Origin: Amoebophrya sp. A120
Lineage: Eukaryota; Protista; Dinoflagellata
Assembly (NCBI GenBank): GCA_905178155.1
Contig: CAJINV010000020.1
Span: forward strand, 620,001-684,000
DNA: 64,000 bases
Direction: 5' to 3'
Part shown: positions 39,240 to 53,048 of the stretch, piece after piece
Layout: the number at the start of each line of letters is the position of its first letter
How positions within the stretch are numbered: the first letter of the stretch is position 1
Notes under the pieces: generated by a model
What the model saw: only the letters and a program-made list of their open reading frames with translations
Told to the model about the DNA's origin: nothing
Database searches by the model: none
Made by a program: the position numbers and the translations under genes

Positions 39240-41900
39240 AGTTTGTTTGGCAACGTTGGCAGCTTCTCTGAAGTGATTGCCGTCCGCCTTTTGGATAGGT
39301 GCGGAAACCTTACCCGCCGCGCCTTCTGCGCCAAGGCAAGCAGCCGGCCCCAGACGGCGCCGATGTCGTGGCCGAAAACTGGAACGCCTACGCGCGCAGA
39401 ATTGTCGGGGCCACGCGCGCCCCGAAGTTGGCCGGTAATGGCCTTCGGGCCGTTCCGAAGGAACGCCAATGACAGCGAGCTAAGAACGACCCTGCGCAAG
39501 ACGTTCAGGAAGCTTATCGGGGTGCGCGCGCTCCGGCACCTCAGTGAAATTCGCGCCAGGCGCAAACCCCCTGCGGGAGGTGCTTCCGATCAGGCCAGAG
39601 CACGCGGGCGGTCGATCGCGCGCGCCGCTGCCGCTCCGCCGGCCGGGCGCCAGGCCGCGGGCGCACGCGGCGCGCGCCTAGCCGGCAGCGCGAAGGCGCC
39701 CGCGAGACGGCGCGATGGCGCGCGGCGGGTGGCCCTCGTTGGGAAGTCTGTCTGAAGGCAGGGCATTGGTATTGGCCGGCATTTCGCGGCTGCCCACAAG
39801 TTTTCTCCGTGGCCCAAGCAGACGCGGGCGCTCGGGCTCCTCGCCCACAAGGCCATGGACATCGTGAAGGCGGGGCATTCCGTGGAGGACATCGGCGCGA
39901 AGTCGGTGGAAGCGCTTGGCGACGAGGGCGGGAGCAAGGCAAGAACTGTGGGCGGGAGCAGTGGGACCCTCCGAGCGGACTAGTCTGGGCGCTGGGGTGT
40001 TACCTGTACCGTGCCGCAGGGAGGGGCGAGGCGTTGGCTGTTGGCGCCGTGCTATCGCGTGGAAGGGCCCAGCCGCTTTCCCTCGGCAGCACGCAGTGAG
40101 TTCCGGAAGAGGCCCCCGGCCGCCCCCGGTGGGGGACCGACGCGCGCGAAGCGATTGCGCTTCCGCCGCTGCCGCGCATCTGTCTGTCAATCAGATCGGC
40201 CCCCAGTAGCAGCAAAAGCAAAAAAATCATAACTCCCGGAAAAAATAAAGCAAAAAAAATTCTCCTGGTGTGTTTGCATTTCTCGCGACCGGCCCGGCCT
40301 TGCCTTTCCCCGCTCAGGTGTTGGCCGCCCGGATGTGGTGTCGGGGCTTGGTTTTCTCGCTGAGGCCGTGGAGTTGCAGCGCATGGGCGGCGGTTTTGTT
40401 CTTTCCAATGGCCGGCCGGGTTGGGTTCCGGACGGGGCCGGCGGCCTTGTCTTTCTTGGGCGCGAGGGGCGAATTTTTTTTGGGACAAAAAATAACTTTT
40501 CTTGGGACAAAAAATCTGAAAAAATTGAAAAAAATTCACTTTTTTTGGGTTTTGCCAGTTTCTTGCTGTTTTCCCTGTGGTTTAAAAAAGTTGGCCGGCG
40601 TGGCACACGTTTGGCACAAGCTTGGCACAAGCTTGGCACAAGCTTGGCACAAAAAAAATAATTTTTTGGCACAAAATTAATTCACTGCTCTCTCGATTTC
40701 ATCAATGAAAGACCAGTCCCCCGTGCCCGTCAGGGATAATCCGTTTCATTGAGGTCCTTGAGAGTTGTTGCGCATGCTTCTCCGGAGCCTGTGTCTTTTC
40801 GCCCTGGCCTTTTCCAATGGGAATGGGCCGCAGGTCATTGATCATATTCGCGCGCGCCGCTTGGCCAACCACGAACCGGGAAACCTGTAAAAAAATTTTT
40901 TTTCGGATTTTGATCGGGATTCGTGATTTTTTTATTTTCGAGCCCACTGGGGGCCGATCTGGTTGACATCTGTCTCGAGCGTTTGCGGTTCTGAAGTCCG
41001 CAAACAAAAAAGGCTGGGCGATTGGGCGGCGCAACGTGATGCCGGCGACGTTGTTCCGGGCCGCCCGGGCTTTCATAGCGGAAGAAATTGAAAAGCTTGA
41101 GCGCGCAGCTGCGCGGGAGGCGCTGAGCCGGACGCCCCTCCAGCGGCCCTGTTTCGTGGGCAACCCCCGCCGCCGCGTAGAGTTTCCTTCGTCACTTTGT
41201 CGCGCGCGTCTCTCTTCGCCCCCGGGGCCCCAAGTTTGCGAGACGTGTGGCCGCGTCGGGCCGCTAAGGGCTGCACCCGCCCCCGGCCTGCCCCGGAGGC
41301 GTTTGTGGTCGCTTGGCCCGCCACCGGCCCCTTTTGCCGCCCGGCAATTTGGGCCGGCCTTTGTTTCTTTGGGGCGCAGCTACCTAGCAGGGGGCGCGGC
41401 GTGTCCTATTCGCACGCCCCTGCGTTATCTCGCCAGAAAGGCAGGCAGCTTTCTTGCCAAAGCTGGCGCCACATAGTCGTCCGATGGATCGCGCGGTCGG
41501 TGGCCGCTGCGGGCGCGTGTGAGCCTGCGTGTCTGTTTTGGTTTCTGCGGCTACAAGGCTGTTGCGCATGTGTGAAGCGCCCCTACACCAGTAGCCAATC
41601 CATTGGGAGCGCCGCTGTGTTGTTTCGGAAGTGGCGCAGCCACACGACAGCCCATCTTGCAGCGCCTTCCAAGAATGAATTCTGTTCATGTGTATTGGCT
41701 TGGGATTCGCGATCGTGGTCCTCTGCGTCCGGTTCCGGGCCATAAATGAAGCGAATCGCATTCATCATTATCCGTTCGTTGTTGAAGAGACATTTGTGTG
41801 CATGTCTGGCGGCTAAGTGTGCTCGCCAGTAAGCGTGTTCGTGTCTTTTGTCGGTGTCAGCCCGCGGGCGCATCCATTGCCTGAGAGTCCTGATATTCGC
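39240..41900. mobile_element. GC-rich probable transposon remnant
   Basis: Composition like 1-4200; internal inverted repeat ~40183-40295/40860-40975; ttggcacaagc x~4 at 40611-40652; 41335-41440 resembles 1180-1285; ends not found. Confidence 0.4.
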
Positions 41901-42098
41901 GCGCTCCGGTGTTCGCGTTCCTGCCCTCCGCCGTAGTTTTTTGGTTTATAATAGTATGCAGCGGCGGTAGGAGCGTTAACGCTGGGCAGCCACCTTATTT
42001 CAACCAGAATTTCTTTACTTCATCTCTTTCTGCTCGCGCTGATGTAGGGGTGCCGCTCGCTGCTCCGCGTCAGAGCAAGGTAAGAGTTATTGCCCCAC

Positions 42099-45000
42099 AT
42101 GTTGACGTTGTGTGGTGAAAAGAATCTGAGCCAACGGCCCGCATGCGCGAGCCTTCTCGCTTGGTCGCTCATTTGTGTCTGCTTTTTATCCCGAACCGCC
42201 CCGGAAGTATCAGCACAGACGTCGCCAGAGCCGAAGCACCCGCAGAACCCTTCGAACCACAAAGGTCCATCGAGCCCCGCTGCGATACCGCCACAGCGGA
42301 TTCCTCCGGCAAGGCGGAAGCAGTGGGTCCAGAACTGTCCGGGGTATCGCCAGATCGGGCAGCAGCTTTGCCAGTTTGGCTTCGACCGGATCACGCGGCT
42401 GTTCGCGACGCGCTCCTGTTTCGATGCGGACTACGAACGCAGCTGGTGTTGTCCCGCGCCCGGAGCCACGCACCAGGTGGTGCTCCCCGACTGCTTCATT
42501 CCCGACGGATTCAACAGCCTCACGCCGCGGTTGTGCTGCAACAACGACTACACCACCCTGGCCGTGCCGCCCATTCACGCCAAGATCAATCTGGGGTTCG
42601 GCAGCAACTTGACCTGCTTGGTAGAAAGCGAAATAGGAAAGGCAGAAGAGGAGGAGGAAAATCAGGTACGAGATACGGCTTCAGGCGCCACCAGAGTTGC
42701 ATCATCTAGAAGTACTGCTGGGAACAACGAGCTGCTGCGAATCTTTCCGACGCTGGACGACATCTTCCGAGACATGTGTCCGGAGGCCAGAGAGGCCTAT
42801 CAGGCGGTCACGGTGATCTGGCAAACCATGAATCGCCGACCGCCAACCGAAGTTGCCATGATTTAAGGGAATGAATTCAACACTTTCCTGGAAAAAAGCC
42901 GTGGTCTACTTCCATTCTGCGCTTTATCTAGTGCCGCTTCCTTTCAGGCACAGCGTACGAAAGCAGACGAAAGCATCTTTTTTAGCTCGCATGTGGACAC
43001 GGGTGGTCATTTTTTTCCATCTGTTGTCGTGGCTTTACTATTGTGATTATCATCATGATTTGAAACAAGAAAGCAAACTACTTAGCGCGCCATTAGAAAG
43101 AATCCACACCACCTCCTGAAAGGAAGCGCCCCGCTATATAACGAACATACCGGATTGGGTATCGGGCATCAAGGGACGGTATCCAATTTTTGGACTTCTG
43201 AACGCGCTGCTGATCAGTTCCCCCCAAGAGCTCGAGCGCGCGTTTGTCGCAGCAGCAGGAGCTCCAGATGATGATACAGCTTCCAAACCGACTTCCTCGA
43301 CATCTGCCTATAAGTCCGTGACCAAATTTCACGCAGAAGACCTTCTGATCCCGAAGCGCTCGGCCGTGGCGTACCTGCACCTAGCGTTGGAGTACTTCGA
43401 CCCTTATGAGAGCGAAGACTACGAAGGCAGGCGTGCAGGAGAAGGAGAAGATGAAACGAAAAACCGCTCCGCCGTTCGCCACCGGACACAGCTGCTGGCG
43501 GATCAGACGTCGAGTGCTAGAGGGTCTACTTCCACCAGAAAAAGGAAAACTAGGAGAAAAAAACGCCCTCCACCGCGCTGGGAGACGTTTGTTCGGATGG
43601 CGCAGGACGCGTTTCACAAGTACGGCTGGACGGAGGAGATTGAAACGCACGTGAACTACCTGCTGGACCAGCTGTGGAGTAAGTGGGACGCGCCGAACCG
43701 GTGGCGGCACATCCCCTTCGAAGACTGGCGCATGTACGACCGGTTGAGCCGTGGCGTGCCGGTGCTGCAAGACAAAGCGCCGAAATTCACAGTAGACAAG
43801 CCAGACCTGAATTACCACGTTGGGAAGGTCGTCGCGGTGCACGAGGTAGAAGACCAAACTGATTCCCAAATTGTGCCTGCTGTGGACGACGAGAATAAAG
43901 CCCGTGGCACTAGTGCAGCTACCCGCCCTGCGGATTCCTACCCCTCCTGGGCGAAGCCGTTTCTGTTTTTCACCGACGACGCAGCTCTGTACACGGAAAG
44001 CAGTGGTGGTGCAACAACTGGGGAAAATGAATCTTCAAGCACACCACAACGGCCCGCACAGCCCGAGCCCTGTGGCAGCTACTTTGGTATTATGGAGAAG
44101 CTGAGCAAAGAGCCGGAAAAGGACGTAACTGTTCTCGACGTCGGGGCGGGGACAGCTCCTTGTGAAGCGCATTGGCGCTCGATTGGAAAGCACGTGAAGT
44201 ACTTGAAGCAGGACTTTGCGCAGTATGACGTTTTGCCAAACAGTGTGAAGAGGACACCGTCGCACTCTACCGAGGATCACCTGCTAGAGCACGGAAAACC
44301 GGAAACCCAAACCCTCAATGGAGAAGACCTTTTCGAGCAGCACCAGAAAGACCGGGACACTAAGGTGATCGAGATGAGCAAAAAGCTCGGCGTGAATCAG
44401 TTTGCGTTCGGCAGCAGCATCCACGCCGAGAAAGGGTACGCGAAAATGGACATTGTGTCCGACATCCTGCGCATCCCACTCGCGTCAAACTCCATTGACA
44501 TCATCATCCTCGACCAGGTGCTGGAGCACCTCCCCCACCCCGCCGACGCGATGAAGGAGTTGCATCGCCTGCTGAAACCTAAAGGCGGTATTCTTTTTCT
44601 TTCCCACCCCTACGGCAGCTACTTGCACAATCTTCCCTTTCACTACAACGGCGGGTTCACACACAGCTGGTTCGAGTTCCACTTGGGGGCGTTGTTTCTG
44701 AAGGAAGAAGAGAAGAAGGAGTTGCAGGCGGAACAACGGACGGAAGTAGCTGCTGGAAATGATGAAGAAAGAAAAGACGATGAAAATAGCGGCAGCACAA
44801 GAAGAAGTCGAGGCCAATTGTGGTGGAACTATCGGTGGGAGAAATCCGGGGCCGCCCTGCAGCGATCCCTGAGCGAAATCGACTGTTTCCAAGCGGTCCT
44901 CGGAAACTTCGCTCCCGGGCGAATCTTTCGGGAGCTGCTGCTCACACTGCTACCCGAAATCACTGACGTCATACCCGTATCAAATGCAAATATGTCTGGT

Positions 45001-45298
45001 TCTGGAAGAGTCCAAGGCTTGTCATGCTCTGCTAGCATGACTCCAAAGTCTGTCATGCACATTACCCAAAAGCCCCATTTTTCTGTCATGCAGAAACGCG
45101 CTTTGTCATGCAGAATACACAGCGCCGTAGTTACTCAGAAACTTGTCGTGCTGAGCTGCCAATGGAGGCGTCCTCATGATTGTCCTACCCGCATCACAAA
45201 TTTCCAGACCGAGACGCATTTGCAATGCATAACCCGGCCTCTGTCCCGGGGCGGAGCGCACCGTGCAAGGCGTGAATGTGGTCGCGGTGAAGGGGTAG
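42099..45298 (+). CDS. Class I SAM-dependent methyltransferase with N-terminal hydrophobic signal/anchor
   Basis: VLDVGAG, DILRIPLASNSIDIIILDQVLEHLPHP..ELHRLLKPKGG; intron ~42813-43122 and introner 44978; ends VNVVAVKG*. Confidence 0.85.
44978..45231. mobile_element. Introner family A1
   Basis: DR ACCCG/ACCCG. Confidence 0.95.
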
Positions 45299-46243
45299 AA
45301 GACCATGGTGACAGCCTGTGCTGAAGTGGTTTTTGGGCACACGCTGCTCTTCAGTTTGCCAAGAGGTGTGTAGTGTATGAGATCAAATGAACGCCTGTTG
45401 TTTCACTTACTTTTGTCTGTTTTTCCCTGCTTGGGTGGCTTGCTAGTGCCTATGCTTTTTCACGAATCAGTTTTCCCAAAATGACGTTGTGCATCTGCTT
45501 GGCAGCCGCCAAATGTAACTACTACACACGCTGCTTATTTCTCTTTCATCACGTAATACTCCGTTCCTGAGGGTCTACTTGTCCTAGACAATAAGGGAAA
45601 CTCAAACTCTAACTATCGCAAGAGCCATAGACGTTTGTTCACGACCCTGACTCTGAGCAGAGTCGATGCGAGAAACTGTCTTGTTATGTGCGTACAACCA
45701 CAACGAGCTCTGTCCAGCAGCGGTCCTACTCTTGTTTTTTCTTTCATCACGGGGGCCGCGAAGGCCAGTGGGAAGCATTGATACAACGCGCACCACAATC
45801 ACGCCAGAGAGATAAATCATGGATACGACCAATACATTCATCATCATCTTCAAGCGCCACGACGGACTGAGAGTGCACGTAGCGATTTGTCACCTTTGCC
45901 TCAATTTGAGTAAGAACGGAGTTAATGTTAACTCAGAACTCTGCAATCTTCCGCAAAAAGCGTCTGCTTTTTGTCTTAGTCAAATCACGACCTACAAACA
46001 AAGACAATGCTAGGACCCTGATCTTGATGTGCTTTTTCCGTGCGATGCGAATGACGTTGTAGTGAAATTATGTAACGGGGGCAGGATTCTGTCTAAAGAT
46101 GTTGAAGGTGTGGCGAGTGTCATTCTTTCACGTAACACCACACCCGCGTCTTTCCTTTCATTCGAGGGGACCACTTTGAGCACGCGCGAAGTTGAGCCTT
46201 TTCCCTGGTCGTAGAGGGGCACACTTCCGCAACTTCTTCTTAG

Positions 46244-49200
46244 TTATCCACATCCTCCTTACTCCACTCCGTGCGCGAGGACCCCTCCAGTTCGACAAGA
46301 ACGATGGTCGAAGCAGCCCCACCAGCGGTGAAGCAGGGCGTCACGCTCGAAGCGAGCGAGGCCGGCGTCCAGCCGGATCGGGTTTTGCCAGGGGAGGTGG
46401 ACGAAGACGGCTTCCAGCAGCAGCGTTCCCGACGACGGTCCTCGAAGAAGGCTTCTAGTATGAATTTCAAAAGTTGTTTCGTATTCGTACTTGTAGTATT
46501 TCTATTTGGAATTGGAGCCGTGCATTCCAAAGCTTTTTCTTAATAAGGTAAATCCGCATTACAAATATCATTCCTCATTCTCGCGCTGAGAAAATTTGCA
46601 ATGCAATTACTACATACAAGTACGATTACGAAGATACTTTCGCACTCCATATGTATCGCCGCGGAACAACTGGCGTCTTCTTCTGCCTCCAAGGAAAGCG
46701 GCGAGCCACCCGCGGCAGCAGGTGCGAAGAGGGACAGCAAAAAGTCGAATTTGGTTTGGCGTGTGAAGGTGCAAGAAGCAGAACCATCGACCACGTCTGC
46801 GGACGGCGTTGTGAAGCAGAGCAGCGAGGTCGCACCAGCAGCAAAAACGCCAATAAAACAAGACGTGAATTCGAAACCTGCAGCTTCCGGGCCCAATTCG
46901 ACGTCGAAGGGGCGACGAAGTTCCGGTACAACTACAATTTCTGCTAGCGGCCGCGTAACTACGGCAGCGTCCAAAACCACACCCTCGCAGCTGCGCGGGA
47001 GGGACTCGACGAACACGTTGACCGGTCGTGCTTCTGGTGCCGTTGGTCCCCCGGGAAGTAGTAGTGGAAAGAAGCAGATTCCGAATCCAGCGACAAGTGC
47101 TAGCAAAGCCGCGAAGGAGAAGGAAAAAGAGGATCGGCAAGCGGAGCAGGAAATTCTGGAACAAAATCTGAAGAAGCTGATCCGCCCTGCCAGTCCGGAA
47201 AAGGAAAAGGAAGAGGTACAGATGACGTACGCCGAGCGCTTGTTGAAGAGCTCCACCAGGTGGGTCCGGTCTGCGTTCGGGTTTGGAAGTAGTAGCTCCT
47301 CGAGTTCCAGTTCGGCCTCCGCCACTGCTGAGGCCACCGCTGCGAAGAATGCTGACACGGCGGAACACGTTGCGAACAACAAGAACTCTTCTGCAGCGGA
47401 TCAGGTAGATGCGGCAGAAGCCGCAGCTTCAGCAAAAAGAACCTCTGGTACATTCGCTCCTGCAAGCAGAGTTTCGAAAAAAGGCGAGGAACTACCGTCG
47501 GAGCAACAGGATGCCGGCTGGCAAACTGTTTCCGGGGATCGCCGGAAGTCCGCAAACAAGAGAAAGAGCGGGACTTCTGTCGGAGAAGTACAAAAAAAAC
47601 CGACGAGAGACGGCTCGGCAACAACCGACACCGATAAAGGAAAAAAGGGCACCGGTCGAGGGAAGGAAAGCCGGAAAAGCAAGTCAAGAAACTCCGAAGT
47701 CGTGAACCTGAGCCTGACTGACGCTGAATTACCTAGTACAACTGCGACGGCGAGTAGCACTGTCACAGACGCCGCAGCCGGAGTCGCAGCTAAAAACAAC
47801 AAGGGCAGCAGGAGGAGCAACAGAACGTCGTCTTCGAGTGCCGCTGCGGACATCAACCTCGGCATGTACATGAAGGAACTCCCAACTTCTGGGCGGAAAA
47901 GCAGTGGGTCTGCTCCGCGGAAGAGCGTTCCACCGCGCGTAAAGACGCCACCCCTGGTGGAACCGGTGATGAACAAAGGGACCGCTCCGTTGGGAATTGC
48001 AGCTGTTGCTCCTGCTGTGGCGGCAGCTGGTGCACCGCGAAGTTCCTCTAGTACCGCGACATCTAGTACGAACGTCGGTAAAAACTACGCGGAAGCTGCT
48101 GCACGAACGTCGGGCGCAACTAGCAAAAGTGCTTCTGTACTCGGAAACAGCAAGAGCACCAGCAAAGGTCGCGCGGCCTCTGCGGCATCCACGCCAGCCC
48201 CGGCGGGCCGTGGGAGCTTGAGTATCCAATCGCCTTCGCCACCCCCTTCCGGAGCGGGAGCAACGCGAGGCCCAGCGGTGGAGCAAAGTAAGGTGATGAA
48301 GCAAAAGACGCCGAGCTACCGGGATCTTTTTCGAGGAAGCAAGGGGAAAACGTGGTATTTATGATCCTTGGAACAAAGGAGTAGATGTACTAGAAGATGG
48401 TCATGACTTCTTTTCGATCCGCCCCATAGGGAGAGAAAGAGCAGTATCTAGTGGATGAAAGAATGCAAACTTGTTTATTTGCTGGTAGCGCTCGTCCAAC
48501 ATGATTTGGTTTTGGATTTCCATCCAGGTTCTCTATCACGGAGGACGATGCAGACTCGCCCCTGGATACCCGTCCGAAGAAGTCGGTCCGCATCAGCACA
48601 ACTTCAGTGGCGATGAACACGACCAGCGGCTCGAAATCGTCCATTGTGACCCCAAAAATCACCCCGAAGGGAGCAGCTGCAGGTGCCGCCAGCACAACTA
48701 CATCGGTGCTCATCGGCACCTCGGACGCGAGTGGCAGCAACGCCGTGGTTCCGCTCCTGGCGGAGCCGTCAAGCGCAGGAGCTGTGTCTGGCGGGAGGAG
48801 GAAAAAGGCAAGCAAACATCAGCAGCCGAACTCCGAAGCAAACGCGGATAATACTCGGGATTCGTCCGCCTCTCCAGCAAACAAAGAGGAAGCAGCATCA
48901 GTCGAGAAGAAACCAAGGCGGAGCAATAACAAGCTCCCGCTTTACCGCCATGAAATTTTCGCAAAGAAGAAAGAAGCAAAGATGAAAGGCGCTGGTAGTT
49001 GTACGGATTGCGAACAAGCTGCTATCCCAGAAGCCGGAGCCGGTGCGGAGCAGAAAGCAGAAGCTATTGACGGTGCAGCAGCAGCGGCCGAAAACCAGCC
49101 TCCAAAGAAGAAGAAAAACACCCGGGCTTCTAGGAAGAGACCTAAGCCAGCACCCGCGGCTGAGGGGGAAGAAGAAACTGCGGCGGTGACCGCCGCCCGA

Positions 49201-52200
49201 GCACCCGCTGGTCCCGAGAATGCACAAGAGCTACCCGCTGCCAATAAGAAATCTGCAAATAAGCCGAAGAAAGAGAAGCAGCCGGTAGCTGCGACGGGCA
49301 AAACTGCTGACACTGATGCAGCTCCTGCGGTAAAAACCGATAAGGGAGATAAGAAGACGAAACGCACTAACAAGGGTGAGGGCAAGGTCTCTAAGAATCA
49401 TTCCAAAGGGAAGGATAAGGAAGCTGCTAGCGCGACGTCGTCGAAAAAAGGGCGAAGCGCAGCGAAGAGAGGGCGCAGCCGCGGGACAACTGATTTGGAG
49501 AACTTGACCGACGCAGAGCAAGTTGACCTCGGGGAGGCAATAGCCGAACGGGATGTGAAGGAAGGGCGAGTGAAGCGGCACCGGAAGCCGAAGCATCAGA
49601 GAAGCGCTTCATCACACGCTAGGGCCCAGGAATCCTCCGGGGACGAGGCAGATGTGCAAAAAGCCGCGGTGAAAAAGGTGAGACGGTGCTGGTGCCGGCA
49701 AATTCTCTCTTGATCGATTTGGCTGAGCAGTTTTTGTCTTTCAACATGCTTGCAAAGTGATGAAATCAGAATTTATTCGTCGCTTGAAATTTCAGCATTG
49801 TTTCAAAAAATTTCTTTACAGCACCTCCCCACGATCCTGCGGCCTCCGCAATCCTTCCGAGAGAAATTCAGCACCGCCGCGCAGCACGCCGCTGGATTGT
49901 GCACGTAGCAATTGCTTTTTGTTCTTATTTCTGTTTCGGACCACGGTGATTTCATGTTCAAGTGAATTTCAAGCTTGCACCACTTGCTCCCCTTGGCTTG
50001 TTCGACAGGGACTGCGAAAATCGCAGGGCAAAGAGATTTATGAATACTGCATTTACAATTACAACAGGCCCTGCCAATTCTACCACACCAAAACTGGGTG
50101 CAAGAACGGCGCAGATTGCAAGTTTTGTCATCTTTGCCCGAATATGCATTGCAAATATGTCTGGGTCTGGATGGATGCCAGATTTGTCATGCTTGTCTGG
50201 CATGACTGAAAAGTTTGTGATGCGTGTCCAAGAAGAGACCCTTTGGCTTGTCATGCAAAAACGCAGTTTGTCATGCAAAAAGCGCGACACTAAGTCGCGC
50301 AAAAATTTCCCATGCTTGGCTGTGCAACATTACAGGGCATCCGCTATTGGCAGCATAGCATCACAAGTTTCCAGACCCATACATATTTGCATTTCATACC
50401 GAAAGGAGTCCAGCAGGCTTACAAAAAGACGAAGAAGCGGCTTTTGAACGCCTTGAGCTATGAACAGGCGCTGTGGTACTTACTTAATGGATCCTAATCA
50501 TTCCCAGCACACGAGAAAACCAAAACGCTAAAAAGTGTGTGCCCATCTGTTCTGTGTGACGGTTTGAAGCCGCTTTACAGGAAATAAGATATGAAGCGAA
50601 ATAGATCAGCTTTGTCTATACATTTGTATAAAACTGTCACGTCTTCTTCTTCACTCCAGGTGTTTCCCCGCTCAGACGATGGCTTTTTCCGGCGGCGACG
50701 GCATGATGTACGTCTACTACCCGCCCGACGAGAGTAATGGATACGCTGGCGCGGTAGCCCAGCTGCCCAACACGGAGGCGCTTCAAGACCCCACCGCCGC
50801 ACCCGTGGTGCACGAAGCTTTGCGGCTATCCAAGAAAAAAAGTGTGTATAGTGTAGCCGTGTGGGAAGAGCAGCATCAGCATTACAAATTCGTTTTGCAT
50901 TACAGAAGAAACCTGTCATGCGCAGCTAGTTCGTGAAAACACCTACTACGAAGCATGGCTATGACGCACTTCCAGCATGACAAGTGTAACGGTTCTTTTG
51001 CACTTTCTGCATCACAAACCCACACTCGCGCAGTTTTTGCGTTGCATAATGGCTCGCGGCACTGCAGGCCAGCGGTACGGTGGTGGATTACGTGGATCCT
51101 TTATGCAAAACAAGTTTCCCGCACAAGTACAAATAAACGCATCAAAAATTTTGCCAATTCAAACTCGTAACACTCGTCATGCTGACCAGCACTGAAGGCC
51201 TGTTTTGTTATGCAGGAGGCCGCGCATTCATTTTTTTTTGTACGTCACGCGTGCGGGAAATATACGTGTGGATATCCTTCAGGAGCCGGGGGAAGTTCTG
51301 CTGGTGGTAAAAAAGCCTCTAGCTCTTCCAGTTCTTCGGCCAGTGCTGGAGTTGAAGACGGCACGGACGACTGCGACAAGAGTTCGGAGCAAGATAGTGC
51401 TGTAGTTGTTCAACCAGGTCACGACAACGGAGGCCCTCTTGGAGCGGCAGGACTACTAGTTGGGCAACAGCAGCAACAGTATAACTACCAGCCGTACTAT
51501 CCGACACCATTGGGCTACAGCACGTACAACAATTATGGGAGTGTCAGGATCGGAATCGTCAGAGTTGAGATAATTTGTGATGCATTAAACGAATACCAGT
51601 TGGCGCCTAGTTTGCAAGTGGCGCATGACAAATTTGGGTAGAACTGAAATCCGGTTTGTAATGCTGTTTGGGTAAGAAGACGCCTTTTGTCATGCTACCT
51701 AAGCAGCTCAACTGCTACCCCTCATAGGCTTAAATGCATCCGTTCTTGCGTCATCTGCAATAGAGGCATTTTTTGCGTTGCATATTATGCATCACAAACT
51801 ATTTCAACTTTGACGATTTCGATCCTGACACATGCATAACAACCCCGCGATGTTTCAACCGTGGCTCTTTTTCAACAACAGCGGGTACGGACCAGCACCA
51901 GATATGGATTGCAAAAGTATCGTACTAGTACTTGCAAATTTGCATGACAAATCTTTTGGCTTTTTCTAAAGGTAGACCAGCATTACAAATTCCACTGGTC
52001 ATCATGCTGAGCAACTTTGTCTTGCAATCAAAGTACTATAAGTACGATACTTTTGCCATGCATACCAGGATCATTCTCACAATACAACCCGTACACCATG
52101 CCAACGGCTGGATCGGTCCTTCCTGATGGAGAAATCGTGCCTCCGCCGCCAGCGGAAGAGGAGGAGGAGCCTGATGCTGCGGAAGATGGTAGCGAGGAAG

Positions 52201-53048
52201 ATGCTGATCCTACGACGTCTTCTGGGGACCCGCCAGCAGGTATGAGCATTTTTGAGGTATGAGCGGGCACGCGGGAAGATCCGGAGGCAGAGGCTGCATT
52301 GTTTTTGTGAACTCATTTCTATCGTGCGCTGCCTGTTCAATGAGACTAGCATTGAGCTGCATTTATGTAAAGTCAACCTCTGATCGTGATCTCTAACTAG
52401 GTGCAGCTGCGAACAAGCCAGAAGATGTTGTTCCCTCGCCCGCCGGCGCAACAGCTGGTGCTCTGCCCTGGACCCTGCCTTCGCAGTGCAAAACGCGCAC
52501 CAGCTCCGATTTCCAGTTCGTCACAAGCTCTACGGATGCCAAGCTGATGGAAAAAATTTTGTCGTCAACATCTGGTACGTGAATTTTTTGGTTTCTTCAT
52601 CATACGCTGCGCACTGCGTTCATCTGGTGCGACGTGTTTTTCATGACAGACCAACAGCAAGTAGAAAAAAAAGTCGCTGGTGAATGATACTTCTGGTTCA
52701 CTGTGCTGTCACTTAAAACACACTGACCTATTGTTTTGTACTTCACGTTCAAAAAGTTTTCCCGCAGGCGCGTCTCCGACAGCGAATAAGTCCAAGCGGC
52801 CTGCGCTGCTGACGCAGACAGCGAGCGCCGGAGGGACCACAACGACGATTGCTGCCGATCCCAACCCGCAGAAACTCACCTCCCCGACGAACACGCGCCG
52901 GATGGGCACGCGCCCGGGGGCTCAGAAGAAATTGATGAGCGGCGGAACCCCAGCGGGCGGCAACGGAACCGGTACGGCGAACACGAGTCCCGACCAGTTC
53001 ACCTTCTCTGCCGACGCGCCGGTATTTGTCCCCAGTGCCTCAAAGTAG
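46244..53048 (+). CDS. Low-complexity protein with CCCH zinc finger and C-terminal PAM2-like motif (first exon not located)
   Basis: Spliced HAAGLCTPCQFYHTKTGCKNGADCKFCHLCPKG; C-terminus FTFSADAPVFVPSASK*. Confidence 0.75.
46459..46651. mobile_element. Decayed C-like introner
   Basis: DR TCTAG/TGTAT; in-frame ASSAAEQ. Confidence 0.8.
50143..50398. mobile_element. Introner family A1
   Basis: DR CCGAA/CCGAA. Confidence 0.95.
50827..51048. mobile_element. Introner family G
   Basis: DR GCGGC/ATGGC; interior similar to 29983. Confidence 0.88.
51534..51838. mobile_element. Introner family I (reverse of 32499)
   Basis: DR ACAAT/ACAAC. Confidence 0.95.
51903..52064. mobile_element. Introner family C
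   Basis: DR CCAGA/CCAGG. Confidence 0.93.

Noticed and set aside
44978-45324. ORF tails such as NANMSGSGR, CIAKVSY and FQTQT in the ORF track
   Set aside because: Read-through into introner TIRs, not protein motifs
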